A stretch of DNA of 63,861 nucleotides, filler included, from Reticulomyxa filosa (GCA_000512085.1; 18 parts of 18 records of this genome joined end to end with filler, not necessarily neighbours in it), one strand, 5' to 3'; positions 24,578 to 38,545 are shown, numbered from the whole stretch's first letter. Notes: a model not told the origin generated them from the letters alone. Numbers and translations are program-made.

Positions 24578-26175
24578 TTACATTAGAGGTTTTTGAAAAG
24601 CATCTTTTCGTAATTGGGTAGTTGCAATGAAAGCAATCAGCAGACAAGAAGTCCAGCAAAGCAAATACAACCAATCATGATGTTCATCACTTATTAAAGT
24701 AGCACTAATAAATGGTGTAACAAGTCCACTAACACTTTGGACAAATTGTAGAAAGCCCGCTGCGGTGGATCTGATCTCGCAAGGATACGTTTCCCCAGAA
24801 TAAGTGAACAAAAGACCCCATACGGGAATAAGAAAAAGGTAAATGAGAGAGCAGCATATAATGATTCCAATGACAGCAGGAAGCCCAGTCAATACAAATT
24901 CAACGAAAAACAGCATGAAGCAGGAGAGGATACAGCCGACATAAAAGAATTTGATTGTCCGTAGGCGCCCCCATTCCACACAGTACTGCGCAATCATGAG
25001 CCCAGGGATCTCGCACAGCACCATCATAAAAATGACGGAATACGTGGAATAAAAATAATGTTTTTCTGAGGAATGCATGTCTGCCAAATACTCTGGCAGA
25101 AACAATGTGAAGCCCCAATATGACATGCCTTGACAAACCCAAAGGATTGACAATAAGACAGTATGGCGGTACGTATCGTCACTTTTATCAAACAACATGT
25201 TTATTTCACACCACTTCGACTGTCGTGGCAATATTGGAAACGAGTCCATATTTTGGGTCATTTTGGCAACAAAGTCCCTATTTCATTTTTTTTTTATTTT
25301 TTTTTCTTCCTCCTTTCTCTTTCTCTCTGCTTTGAGATGATCATATATATACATATATATATATATGTATATAACTGTTTGGAAGGAACAACGGGTAACA
25401 ATACTTGTGAGGGATTTTGCCTTTGTGAGAAATTGAAGCGGATCATTTGAGATATGACTTCATATGCTTGTTCCCATTGTTGTGAACACACTAAATAAGA
25501 TAAAGATTCGAAGCGATGGTAAATGCGAAAGAGTAAACAGAAAAAGCAAGGCACGACGGACCAAAAAGATAACCATCTCCATCTCTCATTGCTACTTTGG
25601 CCACTCCCACTCAAGTACCAACCAACACTTGTTATGTATAACACTCCCATTGTCCCACATAATGTGATCAACAAACAATAAAAACCTCGTTTATGCTTCG
25701 ATCCGGTACATTCCAAAAACAATACGTAATCAATTGTCGACAAACCACCAAGTCCTATTCCTCCAATCACTCCTCGGAAAATTACAAATTCAGTAAATGT
25801 TTGTGCACAGATTGACAGTAATGCTCCCAGTATCACGAGCACCAAACTTCCAATGTAAAACATTTTGCGTCCATATCGATCACTTAATACTCCAAACACA
25901 AGTGACGAACACAAACTACTCAGCGTTGACAAACATGGTAGCCACGAGTACGTTATGTTACTATCAAAGTTGAAATAATCCATTAAATCAGATTGCAAAA
26001 ACACTATCACCAACAGTTCACTGCACACGGCCATGTAGCCAACTGCACACATCCACAACAAATACCATTGATATTTTCCGAAACCTATTGCATTCACTAT
26101 CTCGTCAATCACTAGCAAGTTACTTTGGTTTTTTTTAATGGGATCTCCTATGTCTTCTATTGGTAAACTGTTCAT
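24578..26175 (-). CDS. Major facilitator superfamily transporter (SV2/SVOP-like), one intron ~25276-25377
   Basis: IGFGKYQW, GVLSDRYGRK (MFS motif A), RWRWL...FESLSYL, EIPG, WGRL and ETYPCEIRSTAAG; about 12 hydrophobic segments. Confidence 0.92.
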
Positions 26176-26533
26176 TTTTTATTGTCTGTTGGAGGTTGCC
26201 TGAGCCACCGCTTTCTGAAGAAAGTTTTAATATACAACTCGTTTTTAGAATATGCATGTACATCGAATGAGATTTTTGAACACAGTAAACTCTTCAATTG
26301 CACATCAAGTTGAAACAAAACATTTGATTATATTTTAAATTATTCCTTGTGATCTTCTCATCGATCAGTAGGATCTTGTCCTCGTGCATAATTTGAGATA
26401 ACAAAAATCCACTCAATTTTCTTTCAATTTTTTTGGAGTTAACAAAATATTGTAAAATATGTCGTGTTTGAAGCAGTAAAAGGGACGCGTGTTGTTGCAT
26501 ATAAAAATTTTCTCATCTGTGTAATTTGCAGCA

Positions 26534-26817
26534 ATGGTATTCTTACAAAAGTTTTTTGACAGAAATGTCCAAGCATTCGAATTTACTTTGTACTATATAC
26601 TGATCAACGTCGTAATAATGATATTTGTGATACTTTCTTCGATCCGTCGAGCAACAAAAATAAGCAGTGAAAACAAAAGGAGGGCGAGCGAAAGAGCAGA
26701 AACACCAGGAATGGAAGATCAAAATCCAGAGCCGAATTGTTTCTGGTTGTTTGTGAATCAAATGATAAATCGATGGTTTATCTATACGGCGTTTTTGGTT
26801 CATATTTGGGACACTGG
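26534..26817 (+). CDS. Hypothetical membrane protein, 3'-partial
   Basis: ATG-initiated ORF with two hydrophobic segments, followed by a GT donor and the contig end. Confidence 0.45.
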
Positions 26818-26866
26818 TATTTTGTCTATCCAAGCATGCAGGATCCCTTCCTCTGATTTCCCTCCC

Positions 26867-26901
<35 letters not shown>

Positions 26902-28169
26902 NNNNNNNNNNNNNNNNNNNNNNNNNNNNNNNNNNNNNNNNNNNNTTAATTAATTAANNNNNNNNNNNNNNNNNNNNNNNNNNNNNNNNNNNNNNNNNNN
27001 NGGCCATTAGCTATAAAAGTTGATCGAAAGTATGTGTGACATATAAAAGAATATGGGTATAACCAAAAAAGTGATATTTTTTTTTTTTAAATTTTATTAA
27101 CTTTTTCTGGAAAAAAATAAGCTGAGCTACTCAAAGTAAATAAAGAAAAGCATGAAATTTACAATGGATTTACTGCAGATTATCTTAAAAAGAGTCATAT
27201 AATGAAAATGGTAATATTTTTTTAAAAAACTTTAACTGAACAATGTAACGTCAAAACGGACTTGATTTTTGATCAAAATTTAATTTTTGTTTGCTTCACT
27301 TTGAGTCAACAAACATATTAACACAAATTAAGACAAGAAATTTAAATAAATACAACAAAACATTTTTCCTAATTTTGAATTATTTTCATTACTTTTTTGT
27401 TTTGTTAACACGTTTATTGTCAGTTGTGTCCCTTGAAGTGTTTTCGTAAGAATTTTATTTCAACACTCTTAACAATGGTCGCGCGACGTTTAAAAAAAAA
27501 GTACAAACTTTTTTGATAAAGCCAGCATTAGTTATCATTTGTGCTTAGTTGCCTTTGTTTTATTATTTGGCTGAAATGAAAGAAGTTAAAATAGCAAAAG
27601 TCGAACAAGCGGGAATTAGAAATTATTTCTTTAAGAAATTATTTGCGACAATATTTAAAAACAAATTTTTATTTTCTGGTAATGAACGATGCAGTCAACA
27701 TCTTTGCACGCGAATATAATAGTATTCTAAGATAAATGATTGACGCGTGAATGATATACTAAGAAAATTACTGGTACACGTGATGATATCATTGATTTAT
27801 GATAAATCATATTGTGAGAGGAGGAAACATTCAAAGCAAAGAGGCAAATCACACAGTTAAATGGATCAAAGAGAAAAAGAAAGTAATTTTGACTGACTTC
27901 AAAATTGCGTTAGCTGCAACCCTTCCACTTGCAGTTCAACTTTTACTTACGTCATTTTTTTTAAATAAAAATTCTAAGGACAGTAAATAATTGAAATTAA
28001 CNNNNNNNNNNNNNNNNNNNNNNNNNNNNNNNNNNNNNNNNNNNNTTAATTAATTAANNNNNNNNNNNNNNNNNNNNNNNNNNNNNNNNNNNNNNNNNNN
28101 NGGTATATTGTAGATAACACGTTTAATTTTTTATTTCATTAATGCATGAAGGAAATAAGTATACGTACA

Positions 28170-28722
28170 TTAAAAAAAAAAAAAAAGGGGTCGAGTTAAC
28201 TGAAGGACCATCAACCCAAGCAGAACAACGGAAATGAAAAATAAAAAAGTGTGAATGATGGACACCGCGGATGTGTGCGTGTCGATGCACATGTCTTTCA
28301 AGGTTGGCTTTTGGTGGAATAAATCCTCGTTGTCAATACGGGCAGACTGTACTTGGGATGCTCGTCTTCTCAAGTCTTGGATAAAGTTGACCTGGTTAAA
28401 CTCGTCATCGCTCAACGACCTAGGCGACAGCTTCGACGACTTTTCATCGCTTTTCAGCTTCTCTGTGGGCAGCAATGCCATTTCTGTCGTCGATTTCTTC
28501 ATATCTATGTCCCCAGCATTTTGTGGTGTTTCGTTTCAATTGGGGAGGACTCGTATATAAAGTGCGGTGAGTGAGGGAAAAAAGTTTGAACTTGAAAAGA
28601 ACATTATTTTTGCTTCTTTTTTTTTTTGTGAAAAAGTACATTAGTCGACCTTGCAGTTCTACTCCTTCCCCTATTGGGGTAGTACCAATCGGTATTGGAG
28701 ACTCCGCCCTGTTAGCGCTCAT
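28170..28722 (-). CDS. Hypothetical membrane protein N-terminus (spliced, 3'-partial)
   Basis: ATG at 28722. A second exon reads ...DIDMKKSTTE...RRRAS... and leads into a hydrophobic helix. Confidence 0.5.
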
Positions 28723-29248
28723 CAGGGGAAAAAAATTATGACAAGACTATTTTTGTAGATTCAATTAAATACCCCCTTTGTGTGGGTAGGTTTCGCCTGT
28801 CGTTGCCCGTTGTTTCCTTGTTTGTCAGCTTTAATTATACCTGGCCACAAAAAACAAAAACACTTGATTATTTTGAAACTAAAGGCAAGGTACAAATATT
28901 TACATCAAGTAAATAAAAATTAACATATTATCAAAATAACAGCTCATCTTTTCACGTATTCGAAATAATAATAATGTTATTGCCTTCGCCTATACCCTTT
29001 CTTTCAGCATCAACGAAAAAAGAAAAATCAAACAATAAAATTAATTTTCAAAAAATAGCCATTGATACAGCCTTTGTTTTTTGAGAATAAAATTGAAATA
29101 CTAAAAGCAAAATCGTAGCTACAATGAAAAATATCGACAGTTAACATGCGGTTTCTCAGGTTAAACAGGAAACTGCTCTTCAAAAATTTTTTTGTTTGAA
29201 AAAAACCAGTACAATAGATTGACCATTTTTCTTTCAAATTGCTGCAAC

Positions 29249-30067
29249 ATGTTATCACGAACCGCAATTAGGGTCAATTTGTCCACTTCATTGGGTAAGT
29301 TTTGGCCATACCGAATAAAAACCATAACTGACACACAAGTGAGAAAGGGGAAGAAGAAAGGGGGGAAAAAATAAAAAATAAAACAATTGGAATAGGCGCG
29401 ACAATGCTCGCGCTTAGCAATCGCAGTTTTGCAACAACCGTCAAAGACAAAGCAGCCCAAAGAGATCCAGAGCGATTGAAAGGGTTGACGCTGACAAAAC
29501 AACAGGTCGAAGAAGCAATGAAAGCTCACTACGATGAAGAAGGTAGCTACTCCCCTCCTCATGCAAGCACCTTTCCTTCCATTGACAGACGTGCTTGTTT
29601 GATGAATTTGCGAATCCCACCATTGGGAATTGCTCCACCACCTTTTGGAGACGAACAAGTCAAAGAGGTTTGAGATTTATTCATTTAATTTTTTTTCTTT
29701 TTTTATACGTACAACCCAATTACAAAAAAAAAAAGAAATTGTGGAAGAGTTTTTGTAATTTTATTTTTGAATTTAAAAAAAAAAAAAATGATAATAAATT
29801 ATGTTTGTCTTTTTTTTTATTTGATTAAAGATCGAGCAAAAGACAACATTACGTCGTGACAACTTACAATGGGATAGAGAGCACTGGACGGATGATTCAT
29901 TGCAACCTGACGAGAAAAGTGTGGATGTTATCATCGATGATATCCAAGAAATGTATAAGAAAGGAGTGTCGTTTGCTACCATCAACTTGTTTATAGATTG
30001 GTTTTCTGGTGCTGACAAAGGTTACAAACATGCCATCTACAATAAAACCTGGGCAAGAATTGAGTAA
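29249..30067 (+). CDS. Hypothetical protein with a mitochondrial presequence (3 exons: 29249-29294, ~29396-29668, ~29831-30067)
   Basis: Spliced N-terminus MLSRTAIRVNLSTSLGATMLALSNRSFATT is Arg/Ser-rich, lacks acidic residues and has an RxF motif. Introns are in-frame GT-AG. Ends KTWARIE*. Confidence 0.75.
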
Positions 30068-31075
30068 ATGTTTACTCATCAAAAGCTTTATTTGGTTTTT
30101 TTTTTTGCTCGTCTTTGCAATCTGATATAAAAACTCTAAATTTTTTGCAAGCAAATCGAAAAGTCCAACTTTTCATGGATTGATGTTAAATTGAAAATTT
30201 GAAGTGTTTATGTGCTTGTCTTTTTTTTTTNNNNNNNNNNNNNNNNNNNNNNNNNNNNNNNNNNNNNNNNNNNNTTAATTAATTAANNNNNNNNNNNNNN
30301 NNNNNNNNNNNNNNNNNNNNNNNNNNNNNNTTTTTTCTTTCATGAGGTTTCTGTGTTGCATTTCGCCAGCATGTTGATGAATTGTTTTAAAAAAAAGGGG
30401 ACGTGACAGATCCTTTGAAAAGTATTTGCATATGCAATGATTATTCAAACAAAAACTTTTGTAATACATAAAAACAGCAAGTCCAAAAGTTGTGTTGATG
30501 TATTTTTTGTTTTTTCAGGAAGGCAAAGGTAATCTATTTGTTATTCAATAACTTGGCACATAATTGAACAGAATTTTCTGTCTTTCGAGGCGTTCTTTTG
30601 TTTGGTTAATGAAACGAAAAAATTGCACATAATTGAGTAAGTCACATTGTAATCTTTTTTATTGCTCAATACAATTGAATGAGAGACTTGCCTGAAAAAA
30701 AGTCCACATTTGAATCCGATGTATTTTGTTTTTTTTAACAAATAAAAAAAGCAAAAATCTTATTAAGTGATTTTAGGAGTCATTGAACTTGATATATCGA
30801 AGCATGACAAATAGTTTGACACAATCTATTATTTAATCAAGTTTTATCCAAAAATAATAAGAAAATACGTTTTAAATTGACAATTTTAAACTGTCAAAAA
30901 AGACACAATTTTTTTTTTCAAACACTCCCAAATATTTGTAAACTCAGAGACTCAAAAATAACGTTAACTCTCTTCATTATACTAAAAATTGCTCAGTTTT
31001 TCTGTTGAAAGAAAAAAGGAAAACGGAGTTTTGTAATTTTTAAAATTCAACTTAATGATGTCTCAACATTAACGC

Positions 31076-31698
31076 ATGAGCAACCAAAACACAACACAAA
31101 AGCAAAGGCAAACCATTATTGCCTTAACTGCCTTTCAGGATGTGAAGAATGTGTCCTCTTCACTTGCTTTGCCTCAATGTGTGCGATACAAACGCGAAAT
31201 CCTCATTTGTGGAGGTTATAAACAGAGGGCTATTGATAATGATAATATCGGGACATGGAGATGAAGGAGATGTATTGATAACAAGTGAGGGAGATAAGAT
31301 CTCAATTGACGAAATTCGGGCATCCTTTGGTTGCAGACAAATGAAAGATTATCCTAAAATATTTATCATTGATGTATGTCGTGGTAATATTAATCCTCAA
31401 GAGGCATGCAGTCGAATAAAAGGAAAAAATGAAAATCAACAAAATAATTCACACAATGGCTATGGCTTTTTAGTGATATGGTCAAAAACGAAAGGATATC
31501 AGGTCAATGATTCAGCATTTTTCAGTGAAAGTACAATTGTTTCAAATTACAAAAGTGGTTGTTTTTTTACATCAAATGTTACGAAATGTTACAAAAAAAA
31601 CTGGTGGAGCATATTACTGCGTGGAAAGTCAAGACACCACTGCTTATGACATTATATTTCAACAAAGGAAATCTACTTTTTGTATAGGAAATATGTAA
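31076..31698 (+). pseudogene. Kelch-like N-terminus joined out of frame to a caspase-like (peptidase C14) domain
   Basis: First frame LPQCVRYKREILICGGY (Kelch-like GG). Second frame IISGHG...YPKIFIIDVCRG...FLVIWSKTKGYQV. A third frame continues YYCVESQDTTAYDIIFQ. Confidence 0.7.
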
Positions 31699-32129
31699 GC
31701 TACTTTGAGATGTTTCTTGTGTTTCACAAACGTTGGACATGTCCAATATAATCAATTAAGTACTTTGTCCTTCTTTTCAAAAATATTTTTCGGAGCTACT
31801 CCAATTTTAATGATAAAAAAACTCCTTTTTTTTTATATCTCTCAAACCCTTTTCAAACATGTGCATTTTTCAATGAAAGTAAATAATTGAATATTGCTCG
31901 ATTTGTAATTCTTAGACCGTTTGGTTCAGTGTTTCCTTTACAATTATAAAAGTTCAAATTTCTTTTTCATCTTTTAAGATCGATTAGCATTATTTAAAAG
32001 AGTTTGAAAGCATGAAGAATAAAAAGCTGCCAAGTTCAACACTTTTGGTAAACTTTGTCCAAATATTTCGGCAATCTCTTCGTTTTATGTACATACATAA
32101 TGATTTAAAATTTTTGATGAGTTAGCCAA

Positions 32130-32397
32130 AAACAAAGATGAAAATAATTATTAAAAATTGGATTCGAATTTTAAATCTGAAATTAGGATGGATTGATCCT
32201 TTTGACAAAATTATATTTGAATATGTTAAGTATTGAATGAATCTTACTGTCATTATTAGAAAATAGCATTAACATTAAAAAAAAAAAAAAAAAAGAATAA
32301 AAAATTTTCAATTATTAAGATCGTTATGTGGACATACCAGCACGATAACTAGCGTAAAATTTTCAGCAGACAGTCGTAAAGTTGTTTCATCATCACT
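32130..32397 (+). pseudogene. WD40 family N-terminal fragment (truncated at contig end)
   Basis: IIKNWIRILNLKLGWIDPFDKIIFEY, then an intron and GHTSTITSVKFSADSRKVVSSS. Confidence 0.65.
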
Positions 32398-34384
32398 NNN
32401 NNNNNNNNNNNNNNNNNNNNNNNNNNNNNNNNNNNNNNNNNTTAATTAATTAANNNNNNNNNNNNNNNNNNNNNNNNNNNNNNNNNNNNNNNNNNNNGAG
32501 GTTCCATTGAAATATGTGGATGATAAAGGAGAAATCATTCTGTGGCCATCAAGTTCAAAGTCAAAACAAAAAGATTGATTTGTTGTAATTTTTGCAACAT
32601 TGTAAATATATTTTTGTTTTTTTTTGGAGAACGTTGAAGATGGTTTGATGTCTTGTTCATAAAATTTTGAAATAGTCACTTCCTCCTTTTCTCCATAATA
32701 GTCATTATTCTGGTCTAGCTCTTATAACAATCGCAACACATTTTTTAAAAACTTTTTTGTATGTTCGTGTGAACATTTTTGCGATTCTAAAAATTTTTTA
32801 AAAAGGGACGTAACATTTCAATTTCTCAACTCAATTTTGATGAGAGTGGAGAACAGAAAAAGGGTCCAAGAACTAAAAAATACGGCAAATTCGAAGTTAT
32901 TACTGAAAGATCAATGAAGCTTCGTATTCGTATTGATTATCTCTTGTTTGACATTCTGTCACTTTTTTTCAAACAACTACTTAGAAAAGACCAAATGAAG
33001 CAACGAATACAGGACACCAGACAATCCAACAAACATTTGAATAACATCATACTGCGTATGAAAACGACGTGAGATGTTGCTTGTGTAAACTACGACAAAA
33101 ATTTTTATATCTTTGAAAGAAAATTGAAAATAAAAAAAATGACGAGTTAAATAGGTCCTTAAAAAGGGTCTAGTTCCAGATTTTTAATTTTTTTATCTAG
33201 CATCATTTGTTTTAATCCTTGTTCTCAAAGTTTACAAGGATAAAATTTATAGTTCCGGATTGCCGAAGAAATTTACTGTATGTAAGTTGCTGCGACAGTT
33301 CAAAGAGACTAGAACGTCGTTTTTTTATCATTAAAAGATATTTTCAATATATATGTCAAGCAATCGAATTATTTCATCAACAATCGAAAATTTATTTTAT
33401 GCATTGTTTCGACAAAATAAAAATGATAATTCGATGTACTTTCTTATATCTACAGTCAAAAAAATCATTATTCGGCCGATCGGGCTAAAAAAAATAAACA
33501 TCGTTAATCTTGGGATAACAACTCGTTTTGAAGTTATTTCCTTTATTAACCACATGAAGATAACTTTGATGAGCGACAACAAAAAATACGTGAAAAATAC
33601 AAAAGCGAAGAGGATTTGATATTCTGTCGTTTAACATTTGAAGGCTTCTATGCCCAGTTTGAAGCGTGTGTCGAACTTAACAACAAACTTCGTTCATTTG
33701 TCACACAATATTCTCTTTCGCGCACACTTACGCACATACGCATAACATATCCTAAAATTTTTCATTGAAACATAATTACAACATCTGTGGAAGAAAGAAC
33801 TTGTAAAAGCTGTTCAAATATATTTATTGAGTGGAAGCAGAAGAAGTGAATGCGAATGAAAACAGCATCAAACAATAAAGAAGAGCAAGAGAATTCGCAA
33901 AAGAGGTGCAGCCGCTTACTTTAAAGCGCATGCTTATGAAATAACAATTACTTTTTTAATTGCTATCTAATTGAGTTTGGAAATGGTTTGTTTCGTCTTG
34001 TTTGTTTTTTTTAACTGTGTGTCACACTAAGTTGCTGTGGTTGTCTTCAAAAGAGAAATGAATGAAAATTTTCTTAAAATGTTAGACAATTCGCCTTTAC
34101 TTCGTTACATGAGATATGTGTATTAATTGTGTCTACTGATGATTGCGATCCAGTATTTAGTGTTCTTTTAACAACAAGCAAACTATCTGATCTTTGGGAT
34201 GGGTATCCTAAAATATTGTTGCACAATGCAAAGCATACTAAGCAAAATAGGACGTGAACTGTTGATTCACTCAGCAAAAAAAAANNNNNNNNNNNNNNNN
34301 NNNNNNNNNNNNNNNNNNNNNNNNNNNNTTAATTAATTAANNNNNNNNNNNNNNNNNNNNNNNNNNNNNNNNNNNNNNNNNNNN

Positions 34385-35200
34385 TTTTCATTGTTCTTTC
34401 CTTTCTTTTTCAATGATACAAATTTAAGACATATTATTTCTTCACCGTTACCATCGTCACTTTTTTCTTTACCATCATCCACATTAATTACATACAATTG
34501 ACTCTTATTTGATCGAACATCCCAAAAACGAATCGTATTATCCCATGATCCAGAACATATTACATTCGAACTGCCACCAATTATTTTATTATTTACTATA
34601 AATGGTGAATATTCAACAGCACATACCCAATCTGAATGTCCTATAAATACTTGAATTTGTTGGCCAGATCGAATATCCCACAAACGAACACTTTTATCAT
34701 ATGATCCAGATAATATTGTATTTGCACAACCAATATTTTTTAATTCATTTGATCCATACCTTACACTTTTCACGTTGCCTTCGTGTTTTTTGAATACAAT
34801 CATTTGTTTGGTTGTTTCAATATCCCATACACAAATAAAATTATCACCTGATCCAGAACAAATGGTATATCCATTATCACCAATCACACCAATACTATTA
34901 CTTTTATTATCGTTCTTGTTATTACTTTGTAATGGTGAAATATCAACACACCAAATAGTGTTTGTATGCCCATTAAAAGCATGTAGTGATTTAGATGTTT
35001 CAACATCCCATAAACGAATTGTTTTATCACCAGATACTGAACATAAATATCTACCACCATTAAATGGAGAAAATTCAATACCACAAACACAATCGGTACG
35101 TCCATTAAATATTTGTAATTGTTTATTATGTTTGAAATCCCAAAAACGAATGATCTTTTCCCATGATGAAGAACAAATGACATTTTGATGATGTTGTGTT
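34385..35200 (-). pseudogene. WD40-repeat paralogue lacking its N-terminal repeats; runs off the contig end
   Basis: The open frame QNVICSSSWEKIIRFWD...FSPFNGGRYLCS...ICSGSWDNTIRFWD is preceded by a stop and unrelated AT-rich DNA. It is a close paralogue of 35735-36987. Confidence 0.8.
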
Positions 35201-35734
35201 TATAGACAAAATACATTTGGAAGTTATATTATTGGAATGATTTTCATTTTTATCTTTTCATCACTCTCAAACAACAGAAGTTATTTAAATGATTATTCAA
35301 TTTTAATATATTAATTGTGTATAATTATCATAATGTGTATTATAGAATAGCTTTATTACACTTATGCAAAACAGACAAAAGAGTGTATTCAACAAATTAG
35401 AGAAAAGATTTAATAAGAAGTACAAAAATTGGTTTTTATTAATTGTTTCAACACTTTAAATAAATTAAAAAATCATAACTTATCGTTGTGATGTCTTAAT
35501 GCTTTACAAAATGTAACATCTATATTCCATTAAATAGAGGTAACAGATTTAATTCAATCAAATTTTTCGTTAACCCCTGCGTTGATCAAAAAAAAAAATT
35601 GAACTATTTTTTCTCTAGCATCGTCCAAGATCATTTCAAGAAAAAAAAAGAATGAACTTAAGTTCATCAATGAAAGTTGTGTTCAAATTGTTTAGGTCTT
35701 TCTTCTTTATTTTTTCTTTTTCTTTTTTTGCTTT

Positions 35735-36987
35735 ATGACTGAACAGTTAAAAGAAGAAGAGGTTCAAATAATTATTCATCATTGGATTCGAACATTAAAC
35801 ATTAAATTAGGATGGATTAAAGATTTTGACAATATTGTTGTCAATTATGTTAGTTTATTTGTCCTTTTTTTAAATCAATCAAAATATTCAATATTTATTT
35901 AACATAGGTATCTACTGCCTTTATGCTTGATTCGTTTTGTTCATCATCCAAATTAATCAGTACATTTACTGGACATACTAATATTGTGTGGAGTATTGAT
36001 CGTTCGATATTTGATGATAGTCAACTTATTTGCTCTGGGTCGGGTGATAGTACAGTTCGTGTATGGGATATTGACACCAACAAACAAATTCAATTATTTG
36101 ATGAACATTCAGCTTCTGTGTATTGTGTGAAATTTTCACCATATCATTATTATAATTATCATCAATATGTCATTTGTTCTTCGTCAAATGATGAAACAAT
36201 TCGTTTTTGGGATATCAAAGATAATAAACAATTACAAATATTCAATGATCACACATTGGGTGTTTGTGGTATTGAATTTTCTCCATTTAATGGTGGTCGA
36301 TATTTGTGTTCTGGATCAGATGACAATACTATTTGTTTATGGGACGTCGAAACATCAAAATCGTTACATGTTTTCAACGGACATGGAGACACTGTTTTTT
36401 GTGTTGATATTTCACCATTACAAAACAATAACAATTATAATGATAATAAAATGAATAATATTGGCGTGATTGGTGGAAATGGATATACGATTTGTTCTGG
36501 ATCACGTGATGAAACCATTCGAATATGGGATATTGAAACAACAAAACAATTGAATGTATTCAATGGACATAAAGAATGTATTAATAGTGTAAAATATGGA
36601 TCAAATGAATTATTAAATGCAATATTATCTGGATCAGATGATGAAAGTATTCGTTTGTGGGATATTCGATCTGGTGAACAAATTCAAGTGTTTAATGGAC
36701 ATTCAGGTAGTGTGATGCGTGTTGAATATTCACCATTTGTAATAAAGAATAGTATCGGTAATTCAAATGTGATATGTTCTGGATCATTTGATAAAACAAT
36801 TCGTTTTTGGGATATTCGATCAAATAAGAGGGAATTGCATGTGATGAAATTAGATGAACGAGTAACATGTCTCAAATTTATGAAATTGAAAAAGAAAGTA
36901 AATAACAATGAAAAAAAATCAAATAGTGATAGTTGTGTTAATTTATGTTATTGTTCAGCCGAAGGTTTAATCCGTGTTTGGGGATGA
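35735..36987 (+). CDS. WD40-repeat protein (about 7 blades) with a family-specific N-terminal WIRxLxIKLGWIxDFD exon; start uncertain
   Basis: Repeated GH...SGSxDxT(I/V)RxWD units. Exon 35747-35848 splices in frame to 35908-36987. Confidence 0.93.
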
Positions 36988-37322
36988 ACACATATGAATG
37001 AATTTTTTTTTGGTTTGTGAAAAGATTAATAAAAGCTCTTTTTGATTCTTCTCCAATTCGTTCATTTTTAACTTGGAATTTGTTTTTTTAAAAAGAATTG
37101 ATATATTCTATTTCATCAAATGCTTATTACAAATTAAAAATAGTTAAATTGTTTATGATGAGCAAATAAAAATAAACTACAGTAGGTTGCAAAAAAAACT
37201 GAACACCTAAAATGCNNNNNNNNNNNNNNNNNNNNNNNNNNNNNNNNNNNNNNNNNNNNTTAATTAATTAANNNNNNNNNNNNNNNNNNNNNNNNNNNNN
37301 NNNNNNNNNNNNNNNACATATA

Positions 37323-37359
<37 letters not shown>

Positions 37360-37365
37360 GCAAAG

Positions 37366-38545
37366 ATGAAAGAACAAAAAGTGAAAGAAAAAGAAAAAGG
37401 GAAGACTGAAGCGGAAGAAGAAGAGGAGGAAGAGGAAGCAAATGAGATGCAATATGACCACAAAGGTGACGAGAAAAGAGGCAACGAAGAAGTGGAGAAT
37501 CAAAGTCAAAACCAAAGTGAGAGTGAGAGCGAAAGTGACAACGAGAGAGACAACAATTTGACAGAAGAAAATCGCAACCTTAAAAAATACAACACCTTTG
37601 CATCGCTGTTTCAAAAGCGAAAGGTCAGCCAATCGACGGGGTCATTGAACATTGCAAATTCGTCTGCGCGAAATGCAAACGCAAACGCAAATGCAAATGC
37701 AAGCGCAAACGCGAAGGCGAATGCGAATGCGAATGCGAATGTGAATACCAATAATCCACCTGCCAATGCTACTGGGCGTGCTTCCATTAGTTCGAACCAT
37801 CTGCCGGGCCAGATACCGCCACCCCCAACCGAACCACCGCCTCCGGATATACAGCAGCTCTATGCTCAATCGAGAAAGCTGTCCAAATCCACAGAATCGT
37901 TGTTGGCAGTAACTTCCAAATGTACTCTTTTTTTTTTGCATATACGCATAACAGCAGAGTCAATAATGAGTAAATGTATTACTGTTATTATTGTCGTTGT
38001 TGCAACATGAAATGTAAAACTCAAAGCATATAATCACAAATAAATAAAAGCAACGACAAATCTGCAAGCTCCTCGAATGTCGAATCGAATCTTCAATGAC
38101 TATTCGAATCGCACGAATCCGCAACACACATCGACGAATGCCTCCACAAAACGGGTCGGCATTGAGCACAGTCAAACCGAAACGACCCCCTACAGCAGTG
38201 CACAAGAGTCGGAGGAAGAGAGAGGATCAAAGCATGGCAAGCCATCTCTGTTACGTGCTTTTTACAGTTGCCCTGGAGATGTTGTTATGTGTTTGTCTTA
38301 CATATATTTGTTTGTATCCGACTTTGATCACTAGACCGAACAGTCCGATGCTGAAGCATACACAATCTATGCCAGAGGAAATCGTAAATAACCCGACATC
38401 CATGATCCCCACTTCGTCATCGACTATTGACCTAAAACCTCCTGCATCCTTCTCTTCCAAACAAAAGCAGACCAAGCAAACTGGTTCACTTAAAAAAACA
38501 TCCGCGAAATCGAATGACCCCAAAACAAAGACGAAACCAATGTAA
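37366..38545 (+). CDS. Low-complexity hypothetical protein (partial, spliced)
   Basis: Glu-rich, (NA)n and Pro-rich segments in long ORFs separated by intron-like DNA. Confidence 0.55.
37672..37746 (+). repeat. Hexamer repeat encoding (NA)n
   Basis: AATGCA/AATGCG/AACGCA tandem units. Confidence 0.85.
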
